Of a DNA stretch of 64,000 nucleotides, positions 39,121-49,108 are shown in pieces (positions within the stretch are counted from its first letter, which is position 1; each line of letters opens with the position of its first letter). A model generated the notes under the pieces. That model had not been told where the DNA came from. It saw only the letters and a list, made by a program, of their open reading frames with translations, and searched no databases. The stretch comes from Eledone cirrhosa. Taxonomy: Eukaryota. The position numbers and the translations under genes are program-made. Where the stretch lies: assembly GCA_964016885.1 (NCBI GenBank), contig OZ024754.1, positions 31,434,001-31,498,000 on the forward strand, in the 5' to 3' direction.

Positions 39121-39435
39121 TACCACTTTACAGAGTGCAATGGGTGTATTTTATTATGGCACTAGGGCTACCACTTTACAGAGTGTACAGGGTGTATTTT
39201 ATTATGGCACCAGTATTACTACTATACAGAGTGTACTGGGTGCATTTTATTATGGCATCAGCATTACTACTTTACAAAGTGTACTGGGTGTATTTTATCA
39301 TGGCACCAGTACTACCACTTTACAGAGTGTACTGGGTGTATTTTATTATGGCATCAGCACTACCATTTTACAGAGTGTATTTTATTATGGCATCAGTTTT
39401 ACTACTTTACAGAGTGTATTGGGTGCATTCTATTG
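39121..39435. repeat. 48-bp minisatellite from the same SINE module as 24320-24868
   Basis: ccactttacagagtgtactgggtgtattttattatggca... about 6 copies. Confidence 0.85.
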
Positions 39436-40042
39436 TGACAAAGAGAAAAAAATACAAGAAAACATGTTGACATAGAGAGGCGCCTACACTCTACATTTTT
39501 GACTGGTGTGTATATCTCAGATGTGTCCCACAATAATGATGACCAAAGTTTTGACATAGAGAACAGTCAGTCATACCATCACTGCAGAAGCTATTTCACC
39601 TGCATCTCACAGCTTCAGCTGCACTTCACAACCATATATGCCCCTTATTTATAAATAGAAAGAGTGCAAAATGAAGTTGTGTATCAATGTGCAGATAAGG
39701 AAGTGTTGCACAGCCTATATTTCTTAGACATATACACTCATATATTAGAAAAGTTAAAGTCTGCCTCAAGCCCAGAAACTCATCTGATTGGTGTTTCATT
39801 GGTGTTAAGTGACTGAGAACACAACACAGCCACTGGACAGGGCGCCAGTCCATCGCAGGATTAACTCCCATCTATAGCTGGTACTCATTTTCAGTTGAAT
39901 CTAATGGAGCAATGGGAAATGAAGTGTTTTTCTTAAGAACAAACCATGCTACCTGTTCCAAAATATTGTACCAATGGTATGTCAATCATAAGTCCAACAT
40001 TCTAGGCCACACACCTTCACATACCCTGCCCCATATATATGC

Positions 40043-40078
<36 letters not shown>

Positions 40079-40222
40079 ATATAAATGTATATGTATACAT
40101 ATATATATATATACACATATATACATATATACATATATTTATTTATTTATATATACACACATACATATGACTTCTTACCTCTTTATGTATTCAGTTCATA
40201 AGCCATATGGCATCCTACACAT

Positions 40223-40268
<46 letters not shown>

Positions 40269-40621
40269 GGGGGGAGGGTGCCAGCTAACATGGCCACCCT
40301 GTTAGTTAGCTGCCAATAGCTCCCACATGGCACCAAGATAATGTAGGTTTGAGGAAACTCCAACCCACAGCCAATCAGGCAGGGAATGAATCTAACAGCT
40401 TGCATGCTAGAGGAGGAGGAGATGATGATGATGATGATGGTGATGGTGATGGTGATGATGATGATGACAATGACGGTAATGTTAATAATTGTAAAAGTTC
40501 TTTTATTTGCTATATGGGGCTGACATGAAGGGGACAACATTATAAGGGCAGGTTACATAAAGTGTAACAGGAAGTGAATGATTTATATATATATATATAA
40601 TATATATATAATATATATATA

Positions 40622-40701
<80 letters not shown>

Positions 40702-41031
40702 AAACATGAGAAGAAAGAAGAATACTGCGTGGTTGCACATGGGTTACATATGATAAAAATAGTCCTTCGTCAGTGATTTTCCAACCTTCATTGGTATTTC
40801 ATCGCATTAAAAATCAGATACCTCAGGTTGGTGCGAGCAATAACTAAAAAAAGTTATTGGGACCAGTAAATCGCGTAAAGCGAGGGGGACAAGTGTCTGA
40901 GAGGGATAGAATGTAGTGTGCGAGAGAGGAGACTGAGGTGGTATGGACATGTATGGACATGTTCTGCCCTTTATGCTTCTGGGATTGAAATAATCAACAT
41001 TCTCCTCCCACCAAATGCTGTCCTTATATCA

Positions 41032-41490
41032 TCATCATCATTTTACGTCCGCTCTTCCCTGCTTGCAAGGGTGGGATCTTCAGCACAGCATCTCCACTCG
41101 TCACGGTCCTTCGTCATCTCCACCGTGAGCTTCAATGATCTGAGGTCTGTTCTCACCACCTCCGCCCATGTTTTTCGTGGTCTACCTCTACCACGTCTTC
41201 CTTCAACTGGCATTTCCTGGCACTTCTTCACCCATCGGTCATCCTCCATGCACATCACATGTCCATACCACCTCAGTCTCCTCTCTCTTACACTACATTC
41301 TATCCCTCTCAGACACAGTTTCTCTCTCAACACATTCATACTGGGTCGTTCACGCACATTGACATTGCACATCCAACGGAGCATGCTTGCCTCATTTCTC
41401 TCCAGCCGTCGCATATGCTCTGCAGTTGCTGCCCATGTCTCACTACCATGCAGCATCGCGCTCCTCACACAGGCATTATATAACCGGCCT
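41032..41490 (-). mobile_element. RTE LINE 3' fragment, likely partner of the CORE-like SINE
   Basis: KGRLYNACVRSAMLHGSETW..RLRWYGHV..GRRGRGRPRKTW. Tail cccacccttgcaagcagggaagagcggacgtaaaatgatgatg. A short inverted copy lies at 40893-40952. Confidence 0.88.
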
Positions 41491-41514
41491 TTTGTATATA
41501 TATAATTTAAATTA

Positions 41515-41730
41515 TTCTCCAAGACAATTCTCCAAGGAACAATACAGAGAAGGAGAAGGTGGGGCAGATAGAGGAAGTGGTGGAGAGACAACACAGCTGA
41601 GTGAACGAGGAAAGAACTTTGCCACAACCCAAACACTCACCCAATGACCACCCGAGATGGAGGCAGTTGGTGCAGCGTTCAACACTGTAGTATCCCAACA
41701 ATGCGAAAGGGTTAAGAAACCATGATGCTG
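41515..41730 (+). pseudogene. Decayed RTE 3' end
   Basis: SKTILQGTIQRRRRWGR*RKWWRDN motif. Confidence 0.6.
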
Positions 41731-41747
41731 TTATATATATATATATA

Positions 41748-42063
41748 TCATCATCATCATCTCATTTTACGTCCGCTTTTTCCCTGCTTGCAAGGGTGGG
41801 ACGCAAACTGATTCTGGCTTGATTTCTACAGCTGGATGCCCTTCCTAACACCAACCTCATTTACAGTGAGTGCTGGGTGCTTTTTTGCCGTGGAATGAGA
41901 GGGACCCCAGTCCCTATCATCTCATTTCTACAGCTGAGTAAACTGGAGCAACGTGAAATAAAATGTCTTGCTCAAGGAAACAACACATCACCCGGTCTGA
42001 GAATTGAACTCACAACCTTTCGATTGCAAGGCCAATGCTCTAACCACTAAGCCATGTGCCTCC
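41748..42063 (-). mobile_element. tRNA/CORE-like/RTE-tail SINE with a small internal deletion
   Basis: Near-identical to 12852-13195. Confidence 0.88.
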
Positions 42064-42064
42064 A

Positions 42065-42380
42065 CGATATTAACAAATGGAAACTATATTTATAAAACCA
42101 TATTTATTTCATTATACATATTTCCGGGAGCTTCCAACAGTAATGGTTGCATTCTTTAAGGGTATGTCAATATTTATTTATAAAACTGCTCTATATTATA
42201 TTTTATCTGATGAAAGCACACCATAATTTAACTTGGTGTCCTTGAAATATGTATAATGAAATAAATATGGTTTTATAAATATAGTTTCCATTTGTTAATA
42301 TCGTATTTTTACTCCAATTATTTGTTGAGTGCTTTATATCAGTTATAAAATTATTTGCTTGTTGTATCCCAACAATTTAA
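42065..42380 (+). mobile_element. Penelope-like pLTR remnant with a 60-bp inverted 5' duplication
   Basis: 42065-42124 is the exact reverse complement of 42244-42303. Contains a hammerhead motif. Homologous to 7700-7830. Confidence 0.6.
42199..42263 (+). ncRNA. Type I hammerhead ribozyme motif
   Basis: TATTTTAT-CTGATGA-AAGCACACCA-taatttaact-TGGTGTCCTT-GAAA-TATGTA-TA^-ATGAAATA. Confidence 0.65.
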
Positions 42381-42967
42381 ATAGAACTTTTACATATATA
42401 TATATAGTAGAATAATCGAGTATCGAAAAATCGGCGCACGAGTTCACGATAAACAAAATTCGAAATGAGCGGCAGAGGGCTCAATAATTCAGATAAATCA
42501 GAGCTATAACTATCGTTAAAATACCGACACACATGGAACATGTCTAAAATCAACCATACGACCGAAAAATTACGATCTGGAAGATTCGGGTCACTCAGAT
42601 AAAATATCAATAAATCAATAAATCAAATGAATGTAAAAAGCTTACCCGGACCCGCTAGAAAGATGGTAAATCTAGCTTCTTGGGTTTCTGTAAATCCTTA
42701 AATCACCCTCTATCAGCCCACATAAAAATATATAAGACTTCTAGAAAGCAGCGGACAGGAATTACTTTCTCAACGAGCTTTTGTCCGAACGAATAAAAAG
42801 GCACAACATATATATATATATATATATATAAATGAAAATATGTATATATACATATACACAAATGGAAGTTTAGTAAAATCGAAGTTTTGGCTGTGGCCAA
42901 GCTAACGATGTACAATTAGGAATTGTCAGCAAAGCACTCGATAAGGCTGTGTCACCCTTAGAGTAAT

Positions 42968-43205
42968 AACTGTTTCTACTTTTTGGCACAAGGCCAGCAA
43001 TTATCCCAGCGCATTATTAACCTCGACGGGATTCGCACTCAAACGTAAAGGGACATAACTCTATGCTGGAAAGCATGACATCCGACCCTCTACCGATACT
43101 GCCAATATGATATAATTGTTTCTACTTTTGGCACAATGCCAGCAATTATCTTTATTTTATCGACCCCGTAAGGATGGAAGGCAAAGTCAACCTCGGCGGG
43201 AGTTG
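42968..43205 (-). mobile_element. Two tandem partial Meta-like SINEs
   Basis: gtttctacttttggcacaa tails near 42972 and 43118; Meta-like domain and head fragments. Confidence 0.75.
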
Positions 43206-43487
43206 AGTAATAACATACGTAGCTTGACAAATTGAAAACTGCAGCAGGCGAGCCTACCCACATAATACCAAATCAATCATCATCATCATCATCATCATCA
43301 CCGTTTTACGTCCGTTCTTCCACGCTAGCATGGGTTAGACGGGTTGTCCTGTTGTGGGCAGTGTCTGGTCGGCTGACCATGCCTTGCTTATACAGGAACT
43401 GATTTGGCTTGATTTCTACAGCTGGATGCCCTTCCTAACACCAACCTCATTTACAGTGAGTGCGTCAGGGTAGATATACGTGTATAT

Positions 43488-43745
43488 ATATGAAAAGGGT
43501 CAGGACCCCGACGGTGGAGCTCTGGGCGTTTTGACAGCTAGATTCAAGCGTTTTAGGATCTGGCTCTCGAAACAGCCGGAGCTCTGCCTTCGGTGTGCTG
43601 ACTTTTTTCATATTACCCACTCTACTAGCCTAAGTATTGAGTACTCCGGTGTGTTATGGTCCATCTTATGGTATCTTACCACACCCTCTTTGTTCTTTAG
43701 CTCTTACTTCCGTAGTGGAGCACTCTTCGACCCATACTACACTTA
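43488..43745 (+). mobile_element. Palindromic pLTR-like repeat, same family as 55840-56082
   Basis: Imperfect inverted repeat at 43488-43613, then tattacccactctactagcctaagtattgagtac. Confidence 0.55.
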
Positions 43746-43779
43746 AATCCTGGCACTACTACCAAGCTCATGTTTCCTA

Positions 43780-44448
43780 TACAAATCCAAGACTGAGTAT
43801 GTGAACAGATGCGCAAACAGTCCAAACTACCCCATCAGAACCCTTAATGGTACCACCCTTAAGCAGGTGGAAGATTACAAGTATCTTGGCTCATATATCT
43901 CCTCCTCCAAAAAAGATTTTCTAACCAGGAAGGGTATGGCATGGTCAGCGTGCAATGACATGCACGCCATATGGACATCTCAACTTACCAACAAGCTAAA
44001 ACTGGAAATATTCCAAGCAACCATTAAGCCCATATTACTTTATGGATCCGAAACTTGGACACAAACATCACAACTTGAGAGGAGATTGGATGGCACATAT
44101 ACCCGCCTCTTAATGAGAGTGCAAAACCTATCCTGGAAATGACATCCCACCTTGTCTAAAATCTATGGCAAACTCCCTCGAGCCTCTGCCCTTCTAAAAT
44201 CCCGGAGAGCTCAATTTGCTGGCCACTGTCACCGTGCCAGCAATGAAATCATATCCGCTCTCTTGCTCTGGAACCCTGACTCCAGCCTGACTAGGAGTAG
44301 GAAGCTGTCATTCCCTGACGTTAACTCTAGGGATACGGGAATCAGTAGACAGGACCTGGGGGCAGCGATGGGGGACAGGGAATTCTGGGGCATGAGAGTG
44401 AGATCCATCATCTCGACAGTAGTCGACGAATGATGATGATGATGATGA

Positions 44449-44450
<2 letters not shown>
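43780..44450 (+). mobile_element. RTE-clade LINE 3' fragment with (TGA)n tail
   Basis: LKQVEDYKYLGS, LLYGSETW, QFAGHCHR; premature stop at 44140. Confidence 0.85.
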
Positions 44451-44516
<66 letters not shown>

Positions 44517-44529
44517 TCATACAGTTTTT

Positions 44530-44775
44530 TATTATACAGGACACAATCCCAAAGTAGGGGTGGGTCCTGCCTGACAGCACTCCTTAGCATCCTGCTCCAT
44601 GTCTTTCTGACTGCCGGTCTCACTTGGACCAGGCCAAGCCTAGTTTTATCCCGACAGACATCCTCCATCCAAGTCCTTTTTGGTCTTCCTGGGCCTCTAC
44701 TGCCTCCTGGGTAGACATACATCACTTTGCTGACCCAACCCTTACTGCGGTCGATATGGCCATACCAGTGGATGG
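44530..44775 (-). pseudogene. RTE 3' fragment
   Basis: WYGHIDR...GSRGPGRPKRTW. Confidence 0.7.
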
Positions 44776-45039
44776 ATATATATATATATATATACATGAT
44801 GTTATATACATATACATGTGTGTGTGAATGTCTGTGTGTAACTAAGGCTATCAGTTGCCTTCACTTAAAATGTCAGTATATCCAGATGAAACCAGTGTAA
44901 TCTTTTAACATACATTTGACTCCTCTCACCAGACCAAGGAAGAGTAAAACAGACACATGTCCTTCAATGCTATATCCCAATGCTCCTGGCAAAGCATTCA
45001 CCAACCTACATCAATGAGTGTGAAGGACGGCATATATAT

Positions 45040-45250
45040 ATGTATAAAAAAGTGCAGGGCAATAAAAATAGACGGTAGCCACGGAGTAGGCAGACCCAGA
45101 AAAACCTGGGGCGACTTGATAAATTCCGACCTCACACACTTACACCTCTCCAAGACAATGTCACTGGACCGAGATCTTTGGCGCTACACAGTAATAGAGA
45201 AGACCCGCCTAACCTAAGTGCAAAGTGAAACCTACTACAGTCAGTAGGCA
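45040..45250 (+). pseudogene. RTE 3' fragment
   Basis: IKKCRAIKIDGSHGVGRPRKTW..DRDLWR. Confidence 0.7.
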
Positions 45251-45289
45251 CCTCTAACAAAATACACCCCCGTCCCACTACCCCCTTAA

Positions 45290-45592
45290 ATGTGAAGTTA
45301 TGTTGGTACCACAACATCCAGCCCGAAACAAATGAGGTCGTGTAGGTGTCACGACAAAAAAACACACAGTCCACGCTGTAATGTGGCCGTGTAGGTAACA
45401 CGGTAAAAACCTCCCAGTTCCACACTGTAAATGTGGTTGGTGTTAGGAAGGGCATCAAGCCGTAGAAAACCCGCCAGACAGTCCTATGCGAGCAAGACAA
45501 CCACTCTTGCCTCAAGTGGGAAAACTCCCGTCCAAACCCATGCAAGCGTGTAATATGGACGTTAAACGAAGATGATGATGATGATGATGATG
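45290..45592 (+). mobile_element. RTE-tailed non-autonomous element (second family)
   Basis: Matches 23068-23366 and 54900-55198. Confidence 0.8.
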
Positions 45593-45678
<86 letters not shown>

Positions 45679-46270
45679 TCATCATCGTCGTTTTTACCTC
45701 TGTGATGATGATGATGATATATATATTTATATATATATGACGCCCTTCACACTCATTGTATAATATATATATATACAGTATATACAGAGAGCAAAAATAG
45801 CAAGACAGATAAACAAATATAACAAGAAACAAAGAATATTATTTTAAAACAAAAAAATTTCTTTTCTATATATATATATGTTATTATTTTTTCTTCTTTC
45901 ATTTTTTCTTGTGAGTTGTGAAACATCATCAAGTTATTTTTGTTGATGTCGAAATAGTTTGTAAATCATACATAATAGTTTACAATAAAACCTCAATATA
46001 GAATAAAGCTGGGAGACATCATCAGCTAAACTTTTCCTGTTCTTCTTTATTACAGAAACATTACCCCAGCCTCTAATCTATCTGTCTATGTGCCAGTCTC
46101 TCTATCTATCTACTTATCTGTGTGTTTATCTATCTATCTATGTGCCAGTCTCTCTATCTAATTATCTGTGTTTCTGTTTATCTATCTGTCTATCCGTCTA
46201 TCTATCTCTCTATCTATCTATCCATCTGTTTATCTATCTATCTATCTATCTATCCATCTATCTATCTACC

Positions 46271-46370
46271 TAACTGTCTTTATATTTTTTACACGACTGT
46301 ATGTAAAATCCCTGGCATGTCTTTGTATTGTCCCCTTTTCTTGTACGCCCTTGTGGCTAATAAAGAAATA
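46271..46370 (+). mobile_element. Tx1 3' UTR stub (subfamily D)
   Basis: tttgtattgtcccc...gtggctaataaagaaat terminus like the other copies; flanked by (TATC)n. Confidence 0.7.
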
Positions 46371-46388
46371 TATCTACCTATCTGTCTA

Positions 46389-46748
46389 CAAATACCACTT
46401 TGGAAGAAGAATCAGGATGGAGAGAGAGGTGCTGTACCCCAGCAAGTTTTATGAAAGGTGGGTGAAAGTGGCGAGAATGGCCCGAGTGAATGGGCCTTCT
46501 CTCTATATCAGCCTGTAGGTTGAGGAAAAGGAGGAGGAGAGGAAAGGAGTACAAACTCTTCGTACTCCTGGAGATGAGGGTTGCACATTTTTTTTTCGGG
46601 GGTATGTGTTACCCATATAAACTGTCTCCCTCTCTTGGGGAAAATCGACTAATTTTTGTGATAACATTTTACACGTTTTTATTGTATGTAAACTTCCCCC
46701 TTTGTATTTGTCCCCTTCTTTTGTGCCCCTGTGGCTAATAAAGAAATA
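46389..46748 (+). mobile_element. 5'-truncated Tx1 copy (subfamily B)
   Basis: KYHFGRRIRMEREVL...YISL* plus 3' UTR; near-identical to 47481-47848. Confidence 0.9.
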
Positions 46749-46765
46749 TATCTATCTATCTATCC

Positions 46766-46809
<44 letters not shown>

Positions 46810-46852
46810 GTTTATCTATCTATCTATCCATCTATCTATCTATCTATCTATC

Positions 46853-47848
46853 TGCAGTCCTGGGTCAAGCAGAGACCGAGGAAAATGGGCGACTGGAACA
46901 TCGAATGTGCTCAGGCGCTCACAGCCCTCTGGCAGGCGGACCCGGCGATCAGTGGAGACTCCACTTCGTCATTCTATAGAGGGTTGGTCCGCAGCAAGTG
47001 CGACGACGCGCTCGGTGAAACTCTAGGCGTGGAGGAAGATGAACTGGCCAGTCTGTTCGGTAGGACCTTCCGCCCGGGACCGATGGACAACTTCCAAAAG
47101 TCCCTGGCCTGGCAGTGCTACCGAGGAGCTCTACCAGTTCGAGACAAGCTCTACAGACATGGGCGCCCGGGCAGGGACCCTGCAAAAAAGATCTGTCCGA
47201 GGTGCGTGCGAGACGAAGAAACCGTCGCGCACGCATTCATACACTGCCCGGGCGTCACTGACCTGTGGGGCTATGTAGAACGACTATTGTCGCGGGTGGG
47301 ACCAATCCAGTTGACCACCGAGTCCATTGTCATGATCAAACCGCCACCCTCCTTCAAAAACGAAGGAGAGGCGGTTTTCCTTTGTGTGATAGCTATGGCG
47401 AAAGAGGTTGTATGGTGGACAAGGTTGAAAGGGCTGAGGTCAGACACCTTTCTCTCCGGCCAACAACTGATTCTTTTTTTCAAATACCACTTTGGAAGAA
47501 GAATCAGGATGGAGAGAGAGGTGCTGTACCCCAGCAAGTTTTATGAAAGGTGGGTGAAAGTGGCGAGAATGGCCCGAGTGAATGGGCCTTCTCTCTATAT
47601 CAGCCTGTAGGTTGAGGAAAAGGAGGAGGAGAGGAAAGGAGTACAAGCTCTTCGTACTCCTGGAGATGAGGGTTGCACATTTTTTTCGGGGGTCTGTGTT
47701 ACCCATATAAACTGTCTCCCTCTATTGGGGAAAATCGACTAACTTTTAAATTCCATCTGTGATAACATTTTACACGTTTTTATTGTATGTAAACTTCCCC
47801 CTTTGTATTTGTCCCCTTCTTTTGTGCCCCTGTGGCTAATAAAGAAAT
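46853..47848 (+). mobile_element. 5'-truncated Tx1 copy (subfamily B), open C-terminal ORF2
   Basis: LQSWVKQRPRK...CPRC..EETVAHAFIHC...YISL* (stop at 47610), homologous to 18215-18968. Confidence 0.92.
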
Positions 47849-47944
47849 ATATCTATCTATCTATCTGTTTATCTATCTGTTTATCTGGGCGCCTGGCACT
47901 ATCTATCTGTTTATCTGGGCGCCTGGCACTATCTATCTGTTTAT

Positions 47945-48934
47945 CTGGGCGCCTGGCACACTGAGTGTGCCCAGGCGCTCACCGCCCTCTGGCAGGCGGA
48001 TCCGGTTATCAGTGGAGACTCCACCGCAACATTCTATAGAGGGCTGGTACGCAGCAGGTGCGACGACGCCCTCGGAGAAGCCCTAGACATGGAGGAGGAC
48101 GAACTGGCCAGCCTGTTCGGTAGGACATTCAGCCCGGGACCTATGGACAACTTCCAGAAGTCCCTGGCCTGGCAGTGCTACCGAGGGGCTTTACCCGTTC
48201 GAGAAAGGCTCTACAGACACGGGCGCCCGGGTAGGGACCCCGCCAAAAAGATCTGTCCCAGATGCGTGTGCGACGAGGAAACCGTTGCACACGCATTGGT
48301 ACACTGCTCGGGCGTAGCCGATCTGTGGGGCTATGTCGAACAACTGCTGTCAAGGGTGGGACCGATCCGGTTGACCACCGAGTCTATTGTAATGATCAAG
48401 CCGCCTCCCCCCTTCAAAGATGAAGCAGAGGCGGTGTTTCTGTGCGTAATAGCCATGGCGAAAGAGGTTGTATGGTGGACGCGTCTGAAAGGACTGAGGT
48501 CAGGCACCTTTCTCTCTGGCCAACAACTGGTCCGTTTCTTCCGATATCATTTCGGAAGAAGGATCAGGATGGAGAGAGAGGTGCTGCACCCCAGTCGTTT
48601 TTATGAAAGGTGGGTGAAAGTGGCGAGAATGGCCCGTGTGAATGGGCCTTCACTCTACATCAGACTATAGGTGAGGAAGATGAAAGACCAAGGGAGCACC
48701 CCTTCTCTGTGCTCCTGAGGAGAAGGGTTGCACACTTTTTTCGGGGGTGTGTGCGACCCCCCAAGGCGCCTCCTCTCTATTGAGGATTTTGTTAAAAATT
48801 TTATTTTTTGTTATATCTTATTTTATTTTTATATTTTGTTATTGCCTCCTCCTTATTGAGGACGCCTTTTTGTGTAAACTCCCCCCTTTGTACTTGTCCC
48901 ACTTTTGATGCCCTAGTGGCAAATAAAAGAAACA
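47945..48934 (+). mobile_element. 5'-truncated Tx1 copy (subfamily A)
   Basis: Near-identical to 18248-19232 but without the frameshift; ORF runs to 48670. Confidence 0.92.
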
Positions 48935-49108
48935 TATCTATCTATCCATCTATCTATCTATCTACCTATCTGTCTATCTACCTATCTGTCTATCTGTCTA
49001 TCTATCTATCTATCTATCCATCTATCTATCTATCTACCTATCTGTCTATCTACCTATCTGTCTATCTACCTATCTGTCTATCTACCTATCTGTCTATCTG
49101 TCTATCTA

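Noticed and set aside
41690-42377. 13-bp direct repeat gtatcccaacaat as a target-site duplication
   Set aside because: It brackets several unrelated elements and the first copy lies inside an RTE 3' end, so it is probably coincidental.
45905-45970. Possible hammerhead (ACATCA...TGATGTC GAAA)
   Set aside because: The CUGANGA core and stem I are not recognisable; at best a decayed remnant.
48808-49108. N-terminal 100 aa of the 724-aa ORF (and of 46702-47610) as a novel fusion protein
   Set aside because: Fortuitous read-through of the upstream 3' UTR and (TATC)n, which has no stops on this strand, into a truncated ORF2.
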